DNA from: Mobula hypostoma
Lineage: Eukaryota
Direction: 5' to 3'
Length of the DNA stretch: 64,000 nucleotides
Assembly: GCF_963921235.1 (NCBI RefSeq)
Contig: NC_086097.1
Span: 253,582,001 to 253,646,000 of the forward strand
The notes beneath the pieces were generated by a model. That model had not been told where the DNA came from, searched no databases, and was given only the letters and a program-made list of their open reading frames with translations. Within the stretch, counting starts at the first letter, position 1, and each line of letters opens with the position of its first letter. The position numbers and the translations under genes are program-made. Shown here one piece after another: positions 1 through 12,240 of the stretch.

Positions 1-469
1 CCGCACTGGCTTTCACCAGACCAAGGGTTATTTTTTAAGCAACATATGTTTGGAATCCGTGATTGTCTGATGTAACCGACCTCGCTGCCAAGCAGGCAAT
101 TTAGAACAGTGTCTACAAACTATGTCCCAGACACATAATATATTTCAGATGGTGCAGTGCCGGAAACTCTTTCCACAGTAAAAGTCTGTTAATCTCAAAC
201 TAAAAGTAACATTCTTTAACTTTTTACATCTTTCATGAACTTTCCTGAACTTTCCGGTGTTTATCTGTTTCAGCGCCCTAAACCCTCTGTTAACTCTCTG
301 ATTGCCTCCTCGCTCGGGTCCTTGCACACCGGCCTCCAACACCATAACTTCCTGGTGGTGAGGGTCAGCATGAGTCAGTGGTTTAGACAGTATTCAAATG
401 TGTTGTCATTCCACCAGAACTGTTTACAGTGAATGTTCCTCAGGGATCGAGGTCCAAAACTTTAAAGAA

Positions 470-603
470 CTTTAAGAGACTACTAGACAGGTATATGGAG
501 GAATTTAAGGTGGGGTGTTATATGGGAGGCAGGGTTTGAGGGTCGGCACAACACTGTGGGCCGAAGGGCCTGTAATGTGCTGTATTGTTCTATGTTCTAT
601 GTT
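470..603 (+). mobile_element. CR1 LINE 3' end fragment
   Basis: 'tttaagagactactagacaggtatatgg...gggccgaagggcctgt' 3' end followed by a (TTCTATG)n tail shared with other CR1 copies here. Confidence 0.75.
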
Positions 604-739
604 AAACACAGTACATACAGTATATACATACAGCACATAAAAGAATATTAACAGATTAAAAAGCATTCTGTAGATGTGCAAGTTGACATAAACTGCATGT
701 TTGACACAGCTAAATACACAACAGTACAATGTTACTCCA

Positions 740-856
740 CAAACACAAGACAATCTGCAGATGCTGGAAATCCAGAGCAACACATACAAAATGCTGGAGG
801 AACTCAGCAGGTCAGGCAGCATCGACGTTTTGGGCTGAGACCCTTCATCAGGACTG
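740..856 (-). mobile_element. Penelope-like element terminal fragment with degenerate hammerhead
   Basis: Reverse complement matches the terminus downstream of the GIY-YIG ORF at 11590-11684; rc reads cagtcCTGATGAagggtctcagcccAAAAcgtcga (GAAA mutated). Confidence 0.75.
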
Positions 857-1049
857 AGTATAGTGCTCCTGGCACAGTCGTAAATAATGTGTGGTGGGTG
901 GTAACGGTGTTCGGCAGTCAAACAGCCTGGGGGAAGGAGCTGTTACCCAGCCTGACCGTGACTGTGTTTGTTGTTATCCTGCGGTACCTTCTCCCTGACA
1001 GCCGGAGGGAAAGAGATTGTGGCCACAAACCGCTTTGTTTCAACTTCTC

Positions 1050-1360
1050 AAGAGATTAACTTCATTTGTCATATGTACGTTCAAACATCCAGTGAAATGC
1101 GTTATTTACTTCAAATCAAATCAGTGAGGTGTGCTGGGGGCAGCCTGCAAGTGTCGCCAACACAGCACGGCCACAACTGACCAGTCCTAACCTGGTACGT
1201 CTTTGCGCTGTGGGAGGAAACCGGAGCACCCAGAGAAAACCTGCCGGGGGGAATGTAGAAACCTCTTACAGACAGGGGCAGGAATCGAACCCCGATCTTC
1301 CAGCTGGTGCTGTGATATCATTAGGTTTGCACTAACCCCTACACTACCCTGTTACCCCAG
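1050..1360 (-). mobile_element. tRNA-derived SINE
   Basis: rc shows A-box-like GGTAGTGTAGGGGTTAG and B-box GGTTCGATTCC; body similar to other SINE copies in the window. Confidence 0.7.
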
Positions 1361-1600
1361 TTACCATTCCCCCGCTCCCTGTTTACTAACCCCTACACTA
1401 CAGTGTTACCCCAGTTACCATTCCCCCACTCCCCCATTTACTAACCCCTACACTACCCTGTTACCCCAGTTACCATTCCCCCACTCCCCGTTTACTAACC
1501 CCTACACTACCCTGTTACCCCAGTTACCATTCCCCCACTCCCCGTTTACTGACCCCTACACTACCCTGTTACGCCAGTTACCATTTCCCCACTCCCCCCG
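1331..1600. repeat. 54-bp minisatellite, 5 copies
   Basis: Units start at 1331, 1385, 1440, 1494, 1548 (actaacccctacactaccctgttaccccagttaccattcccccactccccgttt). Confidence 0.95.
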
Positions 1601-1834
1601 TGTACTTTTGAGTTACCCATTGATTTAAAATGTCAGGGAGCCAATCACTGCTCAATCCTCAGCACCATGTGTAGGGGCCAGGGGTCGTTCTGATATTGTC
1701 TCTCAGATTCTACACCCAATGATGTTGCAATACTTTTTCTACAAAATTTGTGTGTTTGTCCTGTTCTGAGGATGCTTAAAATATTCTATGTTTGGGTAAC
1801 TTGACAGAGAAAAGCAGCTTTCAGTTACAACAAG

Positions 1835-2490
1835 GAACAACATCACAGCACAATACAGGCCCTTTGGCCCACAATGTTGTGCTGACCTTTTAAGGTCAAT
1901 CTAACCTTTCTCTCCCACAGAACCCTCCATTTTCCTTTCACCCACGTGCCTATCTGAGAGTTTCTTAAATGTCCCTGATGTATCTGCCTCTACCACCACC
2001 CCTGGCAGCACGTTCCACACACCCACCAGTCTCTATGTAAAAAACATCTCTGATATTCCCCCCCCTCCCCGCCGCCCCTGACTACACTCTTCTCCAATAC
2101 CTTGAAATTATGCCCCCTCGTATCAGCCATTTCCGCCTGGGGAGATGTCTCTGACTATCCACTTGACCTATGCCTCTTAGCGTCGTTGTCACCTCTCATC
2201 CTCCTTCACTCCGAAGAGAAAAGTCCTAGTTCGCTCAACCTCTGCTCACAAGACACGCTCTCCAATCCAGGCAGCATCCTGGTAAATCTCCTCTGCACCC
2301 TCCCTAAGGCTTCCACATCCTTCCGATACTGAGGTGACCAGAACTGAACACAATACTCCAAGTGTGGTCCAACCAAAGTTTTGTACAGCTGTAACATTAC
2401 CTCACTCCTCTTGAACTCAATCCCCTGACTAATGAGGGCCAACATACGCCACCTTAATCACCGTATGAATTTATGTGACAACTTTGACGG
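1835..2490 (-). mobile_element. CR1 LINE 3' fragment (decayed)
   Basis: ORF 2206-2445 'LQLYKTLVGPHLEYCVQFWSP...VQRRFTRMLPGL', CR1 ORF2 C-terminal region. Confidence 0.85.
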
Positions 2491-2493
2491 ATC

Positions 2494-3262
2494 GAAACAT
2501 AGAAAACCTACAGCACAATACAGGCCGTTCAGCCCACAAAGCTGTGCCGAACATGTCCCCACCTTGGAACTACCTCGGCTTACCCATAAAGCTCTTATTT
2601 TTCTAAGCTCCATGTATCCATCCAGGAGTCTCTTAAAAGACCCTATCATATCCGGCTCCATCACTGCCGCCGGCAGCCCATTCCACACACTCACCACTCT
2701 CTGCGTAAAAAACTTACCCCTGACATCTCCTCTGTACCTAATTCCAAGCACCTTAAAACTGTGCCCTCTCGTGCTAGCAATTTCAGCCCTGGGGAAAAGC
2801 CTCTGACTATCCACACGATCAATGCCTCTCATTATCTTATACACCTCTATCAGGTCACCTCTCATCCTCCGTCGCTCCAAGGAGAAAAGTCCAAGTTCAC
2901 TCAACCTATTCTCATAAGGCATGCTTCCCAATCCAGGCAACATCCTTGTAAATCTCCTCTGCACCTTTTCTATAGTTTCCACATCCTTTTTGTAGTGAGG
3001 TGACCAGAACTGAGCACAGTACTCCAAATGGGGTCTGACCAGGGTCCTATATAGCTGCAACATTACCTCTCAGCTCTTAAACTCAATCCCACGATTGATG
3101 AAGGTCAATGCATCGTATGCCTTCTTAACCACAGAGTCAACCTGCGCAGCTGCTTTGAGTGTCCTATGGACTCGGATCCCAAGATCCCTCTGATCCTCCA
3201 CACTGCCAAGGGGCTTACCATTAATACTATATTCTGCCTTCACGTTTGACCTTCCAATATGC
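2494..3262 (-). mobile_element. CR1 LINE, 5'-truncated
   Basis: ORFs 2458-3063 and 3070-3291 'LVRPHLEYCAQFWSPHY...LERRRMRGDLIEVYKIM...FFTQRVV'; tail rc gaaacatagaa. Confidence 0.9.
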
Positions 3263-3899
3263 TGTACCTTCATCAATGTGCTTTGACACATCCTTGAAAA
3301 AGTCTGTCAGATACCTGAGGCACGAACTGTGCCTCACAAAGCCTTGCTTTTATAGAACATAGACCAGTATAGCACAGGAACAGCCCCTTCAGCCCACAGT
3401 GTTGTGCTGACCCAATTCAATTAATCATCAAATGGCCGACTGCACTAATCTCCTCTGTCTAACAATGTGCCTATCCTTCCATTTTCCTCACATTCATGTG
3501 CTGATCTAAATGTTGTTTAGAACTCTCTAATGTATCTGTCTCTACCACCACCCCAGGCAGCACGTTGCATGCACCCACCACTCTCGGTGTAATAAACTTG
3601 CCTCTCACATCCTGAAAGATTTGGGTTCCTGGACTGGCTTCGCTCACATCAGCACTGAACCGGCTCTGTGGCCTGTGGCCTCACTTTCGTGGACACTGAA
3701 GTTCATATTCAGTGTGTTATTTGTTTACTTTTTTATTGTTTGCATGATTTGATCTTTTTCCAACACTGGGTATTTCTCGGTGTTTGTTGTGAGGGAATTT
3801 TTAATGGGTTCTCTTGTGGGTCTTTGTTTCCTGGCAGGAGACAAATCTCACGGTTGTATACAGTATACGTACTTCGATAATAAATGTACTTTGAACTTT

Positions 3900-4291
3900 A
3901 AATGGTTGTTTGTCCCAGACAGGATGGTTTGAGTATCTCAAAAACTACTGATTTCCTGGGATTTCACACAAAACAGTGTCTAGAGTTTACAGAGAATGGT
4001 GAGAAAAGACAAAAAAAAAAGCATTCAGTGAGCAGCAGTTCTCTGAGTGAAAATGCCTTGTGAATGAGAGAGGTCAGAGGAGAATGGCCAGACTGGTTCA
4101 AGCTGACAGGAAGGTGACAGTAACTCAAATAACCACATCTTACAACGGTGGTGTGCAGAAGAGCATCTCTGAACACACAACATGTAGAACCTTGAAGTGG
4201 GCGGGCTACAGCAGCAGAAGACCATGAACATTCACCCAGTGGACACTTTATTAGCTACGGGAGGTCTCTAACAAGGTGTCCATTTACTGTA
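3900..4291 (+). mobile_element. Non-autonomous Tc1-like DNA transposon fragment
   Basis: Encodes 'RRMARLVQADRKVTVTQITTSYN' transposase N-terminal remnant; homologous to 22394-22944 and 62880-63396. Confidence 0.75.
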
Positions 4292-4619
4292 TAATACTGC
4301 ATTGTGTGGACAGACAAATAAAAGTCTGAGATGAAATAGATTGAAGTTGCTTCACTTCTAATTTTTTCCCCCATCTCTCTTCTACCCCTCTGTCACCAAA
4401 TTAGAACGGATACTGTTTACAGACAATTGGATTACAGCAGTCTTTTATAAGGGAGTATCCTGTGATGACCTTTTCTGAACCACAGTACAAAAATAGACTG
4501 AGATTTAGGATGGGCAGAGACACCTCCGCCCCCCCCCCCCCACATTAAGCCACATACCCGCACATGGGATGCCACTACCCCCAAGGAAGTGCTCTCTCTA
4601 GCTTATGGCTTTTTGTTTG

Positions 4620-6430
4620 GATCTCAGTCAGAATATGTAGGAAAAATTGTTGTTTTGTAGCAGCAGTACATTGCAATACATAATAATAAAAACTGTAAAT
4701 TACCAGAGCACTAGAACAGAAAAGCAAGGATGTAATGTTGAGGCTTTATAAAGCACTGACGGGGCCTCACTTGGAGTATTGTGAGCAGTTTTGGGCCCCT
4801 TATCTTAGAAAGAAAGTGTTGGTATTGGAGAGGGCCCAGAGGAGGTTCATGAAGATGATTCTGGGATTGAACGGCGTGTTGTATGAGGAGCATTTGATGG
4901 CTTTGGGTTTCTACTCACTGGATTTCAGAAGAATGAAGGGTGACCTCATTGAAACCCATCAAATGTTGAAAGTCCTCGATAGACTGAACGTTCCCTGTAG
5001 TGGGAGAGGATAAGACCAGAGGGCACAGCCTCAGAATCAGGGGATGTCCGTTTAGAATGGACATGAGGAGGAATTTCTTAAGCTCAAGAATGGTGAATCT
5101 GTGGATTTCGTTGCCGAAAGCAGCCGTGGACGCCAAGTCATTGGGTGTATTTAAGGCAGAGATTGATAGATTCTTGATTAGTCAGGGCATGAAGCTATAG
5201 GCAGAGAAGGCAGGAGATTGGGGCTGAGAGGAAAAGTGGATCAGCCATGATGAAATGGAGTAGACTCAATGGGCCAAATGGCCTAATTCTGCTCCTATAT
5301 CTTATGCTCTTCCAGTCTTAAATGGTGGAAAAAGAAAGGAAAGAGAAGTAGTGAGATAGTGTTCAATGTCCATTCAGAAATCTGATGGTGGAGGGGAAGA
5401 AGCGGTTCCTGAAACATTGAGCATGAGTCTTCAGGCACTTGAACCTCCTCCCTGATGGTATCAATGAGAAGAGGGCATGTCCTGGGTGATGGGGGTCCTT
5501 AATGATGGATGCACCTTTTTGTGGTAGTGCTCCTTGAAGATGTTCTGCAGACCGTGGAGGCTAGTGGTGATGATGGAACTGACTGAGTTTGCAACTCTGT
5601 AGCTTTCTTCGATCCTGTGCAGTAGCCTTCCATCCCCTGCATACCAGACGGTAATGCAGCTAGCTAGAATGTTCTTCATAGCACATCTGTAGAAATTTGA
5701 GAGTCTTTGGTGACATAGCAAATCTCTTCAAACTCCTAATGACATATAGCCACTGTCATGCCTCCTTTGTAATTGCATCAATATGTTGGGCCCAGGTTAG
5801 ATCCTCAGAGACGTTGACACACAGGAACCTGAAATTGCTTACCCTTCCCACTTCTGATCCCTCGATGAGGACTGGTGTGTGTTCCTTCAACTTTCCCATT
5901 CTGAAGTCCACAATGAATTCTTTGGTCTTGCTGACGTTGAGTGCAAGATTGTTGCTGTGACACCACTCAACCAGCTAATCTAGTATGTCCTCACCTCACC
6001 ATCTGAGATTCTGCCAACAATCGTTGTGTCATCAGCAAATTTATAGATGGCATTTGAGCTATGCCTAGCCGGGCAGTCGTGGGTGTAGGGAGAGTAGAGA
6101 AATGGGCTAAGCACACGTCCCTGTGGTGCACCAGTGTTGATTGTCAGTGAGGAGGAGATGTTATTTCTGATCTGCACAGACTGTGGTCTTCCAGTGAGGA
6201 AGTTAAGGATCCAGGAGCAGAGGGAAGTAAAGAAGCCCAAGTTTTGGTGCTTTTTGATCAGAATGGTAGGAATGATGGTTTTAAACCTGAACTGTGGTTA
6301 ATAAACAGCAGCCTGAGGAAGTATTTGTATTGTCCACGTGGTCCAAGACAACGGGACAAGCTAATAAGATGGCATCCATTGTAGACCTCTTGAGGTGACA
6401 GGCAAATTGCAGTGACAGGAGTTGATTCTA
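4620..6430 (-). mobile_element. Rex1/Babar-type LINE (decayed), interrupted by a CR1
   Basis: ORF 5980-6240 '[13 protein letters not shown]...[15 protein letters not shown]...[14 protein letters not shown]' RT core; ORF 5461-5721 'NFYRCAMKNILASCITVWY'. Confidence 0.8.
4712..5306 (+). mobile_element. CR1 3' fragment nested in the Rex1 3' UTR
   Basis: ORF 4735-5013 'LRLYKALTGPHLEYCEQFWAPYLRK'; 3' end 'ggccaaatggcctaattctgctcctatatcttatg'. Confidence 0.85.
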
Positions 6431-8461
6431 GCCATAACAGCCTCTTTTGCTTAAGCAAAAATCTGTTAGCTTTTCAAAGTGTGAAAGACCATAAGACATT
6501 AGTGCTCTTATGGTCCTGGTAGGTCAGGACTATAGGACCATAAGCTCTTGATGGGCCATTCTATCATGGCTGATTTATTATCCCTCTCAACCCATTCTCC
6601 TGTCTTTTCCCCGTAACCCACCAAGAACCCACCAATCTTTGCTTTAAATAGACTCAATGACTTGATCTCCAAAGATATCCACGGCAATGAATTCCATGCT
6701 GGTGCCAGAATATGTCGTGACAAATTGCGGGCTGCCCCCAGCACATGTGATGGTTGTTAACACACATACTCACATACTGGAGGGGGATTGAGAAACAGAG
6801 GGCACAGATTTGGCATGCTGACTGGAGGAAATTTGAAACTCTCACATGAATTTGATGATCTGTGATTTAATTGTTTGAGCAATGAATTCTAATTTTTAAG
6901 GAGCTGACAGAATTGTGAAACAAAAGGTTGCTGCTGGTTGTCATGGAGACAGGGGCCAGTTCTGTTTGGCCTGGGGAAGGAAGTTGGCCTGCTGGCAACG
7001 TCCTTACACCGACAGAGTTAAACTTGGATTAAAGTATAAACTTGGTAATCAGGTTTGAGTGGCACATGTTTCCAGCATCGGCAGAATCTCTTGTGTTTAA
7101 TCAGATTTGAGGTGGCAGAGGGGAGAGAAGGAGGCCTTTTCTCCTCCGGTTGGGTGAGGTTCATAAGTTTAGAGTGGAGCTTGAGATATTTAATGGGAAC
7201 CTGAGAGGGAACTTCTTCACTCAGAGGGAAGTGAGAGTGTGACATGAGTTGCTAGCACAAGTGGAGTATGTGGGTTTTGATTTCAACCTTTAAGAGAAGT
7301 TTGGATAGGTACATGGATGGGAGGAGTTTGGAGGGCTATGGGCCTGGTACAGCTCGATGGCAGTAGGCAGATTAATCGTTTGGCAGAGACTGGATAGGCT
7401 GAAGGGCCTGTTTCTGCGACTCTGTGTCTCTGCGTGGTGTGTGCTAATCCTGGAGATGCCACCACCCTCTGCCCCTTTCTCAGTCATCATGTTACAGTGT
7501 TGGGCACTGCATCTGGGTATCAGAACCGTCAGTGTGCCTGCTGCAATGCACCATGGTCACTGTAAGTCTCCCACCAAGCTGGACAACATCTGCAGAGGGC
7601 AGAATGAAAGAAGTGCCCCTGGTAGGATTAGGATTGGAGTGCAGGGGGTGGTGGGCTTGTTTACGTGTCCTCCAGTCACTCACTGGAGTGGAGTTCCTCA
7701 TTTATGCTTGCCACCCTGGGAAACGAGCGGGTGATTCGGCTGCGCTGGATCGAAGGTGGTTGGGATCCCCAAGATCCAAGATTATTTATCATGTGTACGT
7801 TGTTTGTGTTAATGACCAACACACCCAAGGTTGTGCTGGGGGCAGGCAGCAAGTGTCACCATCCATTCCAATACCAACAGAACATGCCCACAACGCTTGG
7901 CAGAACAGGACAAAGGACAAAATGTGAAAGTAGGCCCCGTTCCTCCCTCTCACCCATGCCAATACACAGTCCTATAAACCCAGGACAGTCTTTATATTAA
8001 CTGATACCCGTACTAGGTCAAGAGAGGGCTGTTGAGGACCAGCAGAATCAGAGACCTACATCTCCAGGGTTTGTGAGGTGGTTGTTTGACATGCCCCTCG
8101 TTTACAGTCTAATCGAGATTCTGGTACGTGGCCTTCAAGCAAATGGATTTGCTTCAAAGCACAGAATATGGACTAGTGCAGGACAAGAACAGGCCTTTCA
8201 GCCCAATGTTGCAATTAAATTCAATTAAATTAGTCATCAAATGGCCAACTAAACTAATCCCTTCTGCCTACACAATGTCCATATCCTTCCATATTCCTCA
8301 CATTCGTGTACCTATCTAAACATGTTAAAAGTCTCCTGTGGCCTTGTGGGCGGACTGATTCTAGCCAGTTTCGCAGGATGAGGCGTTGCAGGAGAAATGG
8401 AACATTGCAAACAGTGGACTGGCTGTCGGGGGCCTCTGTACCCGGGCAAAATATATATACT

Positions 8462-8651
8462 TCCCTCTCCCCCTCTCCCCCTCTCCCCCTCTCCCCCTCT
8501 CCCCCTCTCCCCCTCTCCCCCTCTCCCCCTCTGCCCCTCTGCCCCTCTGCCCCTCTGCCCCTCTGCCCCTCTCCCCCTCTCCCCCTCTGCCCCTCTGCCC
8601 CTCTGCCCCTCTGCCCCTCTGCCCCTCTCCCCCTCTCCCCCTCTCCCCCTC
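8462..8651. repeat. 8-bp polypyrimidine microsatellite (CCCCCTCT/GCCCCTCT)n
   Basis: About 24 units read directly; a central block carries the G variant. Confidence 0.95.
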
Positions 8652-8962
8652 TTGGAACATTGACTGTTTATTCATTTGCAGAAAAGTTTCCTGACCTGCA
8701 GAGTTCCTGCTTCACTTTGTAGTACTGTAGATAACTCCCAGCAGTACCTCACACATTTTGTTGGGTGTGTGTGTGAGCTGGCTGTTTGGTAATCAGACCC
8801 TCTGTGAGTGCTGATTCTTCGTGGCTTGGTTCAGATGATTTGTACGTGGTTTAATTTCCTGCACTGGACACCCACTGTAAACTGTTTTCAAAGTTGACAG
8901 TAAGTTTATTATCTAGATATGTATGTGTTACCATACATAAATATACTTAAATAATACTTGAA

Positions 8963-10040
8963 CAAGAGAAAATCCGAGCAACACACACAATGCTGGAGGA
9001 GCTCAGCAGGCCAGGACAGCATCTATAGGAAAGAGTACAGTTGACGTTTCGGGCTGAGACCCTTCATCAAGACTGGAGAAAAAAGATGAGTCAGGGTAAG
9101 AAAGTGGGGGGGGGGAGTGAGAGGAGAGGTGGTGGGATCCCGCTGGAGATGGCGGAAATTACCACCACCAAGCACATCTTTCCCTCCCCCCACTTTCTGC
9201 TTTCTGCAGAGATCACTCCCTACGTGACTCCCTTGTCCATTTGTCCCTCTCCACTGATCTCCCTCCCGGCACTTATCCTTGCAAGTGGAACAAGTGCTAC
9301 ACCTGCCCCTACACCACCTCCCTCACTACCATTCAGGGCCCTAAACATTCCTTCCAGGTGAGGTGACACTTCACCTGGGAGTCTGTTGGGGTCATTTACT
9401 GTGTTCGGTGCTCCCGGTGTGGCCTCCAGTATATCGGGGAGACCTGGCGTAGATTGGGAGACCGTTTTGCTGAGCTCTTATGCTTTGTCTGCCAGAAGAA
9501 ACAGGATCTCCCAGTGGCCACCCATTTTAATTCCACTTCCCATTCCCATTCCGATGTGTCAATCCATGACCTCCTCTACTGTTGTGATGAGACCACACTC
9601 AGGTTGGAGGAACAACACCTTGTGTTCCGTCTGGGTAGCCTCCAATCTCATGGCATGAATATCGGTTTCTCGAACTTCTAGTAATGCCCCCCCCTTGCTG
9701 TTTCCTGTTCCCATTTCCCTCTTGCACATCATCTCCTTACCTGCCTCTCAGTCCCCTCTGGTGCTCCTCTCCCTTTCTTTCTTCCATGGCCTTCCGTCCT
9801 CTCCCCCTCCTCCAGTCCTATAGCTCGTTCTCCAGTCAATTTCACAGCTCTTTGCCCCCCCTCCCCCCGGTTTCACCAATCACCTTGTGACTCTTCCTCC
9901 GCCCCCCCCCCCACTTTCTTACTCTTGCTCCCCATCTTTTTTTCCAGTCCTGCTGAAGGGTTTCGGCCTGAAATGTCGACTGTACTCCTTTTCAAAGATG
10001 CTGCCTGGCCTGCTGAGTTCCTTTAGCACTTTGTGTTTGA
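8963..10040 (+). mobile_element. Penelope-like element, 5'-truncated, with inverted terminal copy
   Basis: GIY-YIG remnant 'VIYCVRCSRCGLQYIGET..RLGDRFAE' about 9390-9680; 8978-9130 is an inverted copy of the 3' terminus 9885-10040. Confidence 0.85.
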
Positions 10041-10770
10041 AAATACTTAAATTCTTTAGTCCGAGGGTGGTGAGTCTGTGGAATTTGTTGCTACGGACAG
10101 CTGTGGAGGCCAAAGCATTGGGTATGTTTAAGGCAAAGGTCAGGGTGTGAAGGGATACGGGGAGAAGGCAGGAGATTGGGACTGAAAGGGAAATGGATCA
10201 GACGTGGCCTAATTCTGCTCCTAAGTATTATGGTCATTAAGAATACAAGAGATTCTGCAGATGCTGGAAATCCAGAGCAACACACACAAAATACTGGAGG
10301 AACTCAGCAGGTCAGGCAGCATCTATGGAGAGGAATAAACAGTCGAATTTTTGGGCCGACCCCTCATCAAGACTGGTAGTTTGTTACCCTATACTACCTT
10401 GACATTCATTTTTTTCCAGTTAAAATAAGGAAATACAACGTAATTTACATAACCAGGCAAAGAATGCAAAAATAACCAACGTGCAAAAAAAGCCAAATGT
10501 GCAAATGATATTTCCTTTCTTCCTCTTCAAATTCCTACTACTGCCCACGGTAAGCATCTGCTGTAAGGTGGTAACCAACAGTCAGAAAACATTTCAAAAA
10601 AAAAACTTGAATACTTCAGAGGAGAGGAAGAAAATCTGGCCTTAAAACTGCATGTGTGTGTGTGTGTGTGTGGTTATGAGAGAATGTGTGGGGAGAGTGT
10701 GTGTGCGTGAGAGAAAGGAGAGAGTGTGTAGGGAGAGCATGAGTGTCTTTATAAGAGTGATTGTGTGTTT

Positions 10771-11686
10771 CACATCTTTCCCTCCCCCCCCGCTTTCTGC
10801 AGGGATCACTCCCTACGCGACTCCCTTGTCCATTCATCCCCCCCATCCCACCCCACCGATCTCCCTCCAGGCACTTATCCTTGTAAGCAGAACAAGTGCT
10901 ACACATGCCCTTACACTTCCTCCCTTACCACCATTCAGGGCCCCAGACAGTCCTTCCAGGTGAGGCGACACTTCACCTGTGAGTCGGCTGGGGTGATATA
11001 CTGCATCCGGTGCTCCCGGTGCGGCCTTCTATATATTGGCGAGACCCGACACAGACTGGGAGATCGTTTCACTGAACACCTACGCTCTGTCCGCCAGAGA
11101 AAGCAGGATCTCCCAGTGGCCACACATTTTAATTCCACATCCCATTCCCATTCTGATATGTCTATCCACAGCCTCCTCTACTGTAAAGATGAAGCCACAC
11201 TCAGGTTGGAGGAACAACACCTTATATTCCGTCTGGGTAGCCTTCAACCTGATGGTATGAACATTGACTACTCAAACTTCCGCTAATGCCCCACCTCCCC
11301 CTCGTACCCCATCCGTTATTTATTTTTATACACACATTCTCTCTCTCTCTCTCCTTTTTCTCCCTCTGTCCCTCTCACTATACCCCTTGCCCATCCTCTG
11401 GGCTTTTCCCCCCCTCCCCCCTTTCTTTCTCCCTGGGCCTCCTGTCCCATGATCCTCTCGTATCCCCTTTTGCCAATCACCTGTCCAGCTCTTGGCTCCA
11501 TCCCTCCCCCTCCTGTCTTCTCCTATCATTTTGGATCTCCCCCTCCCCCTCCCACTTTTAAATCTCTTACTAGCTCTTCCTTCAGTTAGTCCTGACGAAG
11601 GGTCTCGGTCCGAAACGTCGACTGTACCTCTTCCTAGAGATGCTGCCTGGCCTGCTGCGTTCACCAGCAACTTTGATGTGTGTTAC
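10771..11686 (+). mobile_element. Penelope-like element, 5'-truncated, with open GIY-YIG frame
   Basis: ORF 10765-11286 'CKQNKCYTC...VIYCIRCSRCGLLYIGETRHRLGDRFTEH...EEQHLIFRLGSLQPDGMN'; sits in a (GT/GA)n tract with possible TSD gtgtgttt (10763-10770 / 11687-11694). Confidence 0.9.
11588..11623 (+). ncRNA. Minimal type-I hammerhead ribozyme motif in the Penelope terminus
   Basis: AGTC | CTGACGA (11592-98) | a GGG tctcgg TCC | GAAA (11612-15) | CG | TC^ | GACT: complete core, helix I AGTC/GACT, short palindromic helix III. Confidence 0.75.
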
Positions 11687-12240
11687 GTGTGTTTGAGTGC
11701 ATGTGAGAGAGAGTATGTATGTGTGTGAGAGAGAGGGAGAGGGTGTGTATGAGAATGTATGTGTGTGAGAGTGAGTGTGTATGAGTGATTGAGTGTGTGT
11801 GACTGTGTGAGTGTATGAGTGTGTTTGTTGCTAATAGTTGAAGCTGTTAAATGTTCTTGTTCCACCTAAGCAAAATGTGCTTGTTTATTTCGATCAGGCA
11901 GTACTGCATAAGTTTGATCCTGTGCTCTCCTGCAGCCGGGAATGGTGAGCTGGATGTGCTTATCTCCAGGGTTATGTTAAATCCGGCACGGATTCAGATT
12001 AATCCTACAGCTGTCTTTCCATGATGCCAAATCTTGCTATGGAAAATGACTGTATCTTTCTCCCTCAGTACTCAGTGAAGCTAGCAGAATTCCAGGACAG
12101 CGTTGGGAGCTGAGGTCAGATTCAGTGAGAAGTAGGCGTGCAGAATGATTGTGTGTGTGGTACTATGATTAGGTTGCCTGCAGTTAAAACTTGACAAAAT
12201 CGATTCAGAAATTTGATAGGGTATCTTGCATCTTTGAAGA

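Noticed and set aside
8306..8722. Pro/Leu-rich and Gly/Arg-rich ORFs
   Set aside because: Translations of the 8-bp microsatellite
10765..11286. Domesticated GIY-YIG nuclease gene
   Set aside because: No ATG start or promoter, flanked by the Penelope UTR and hammerhead, with decayed relatives nearby
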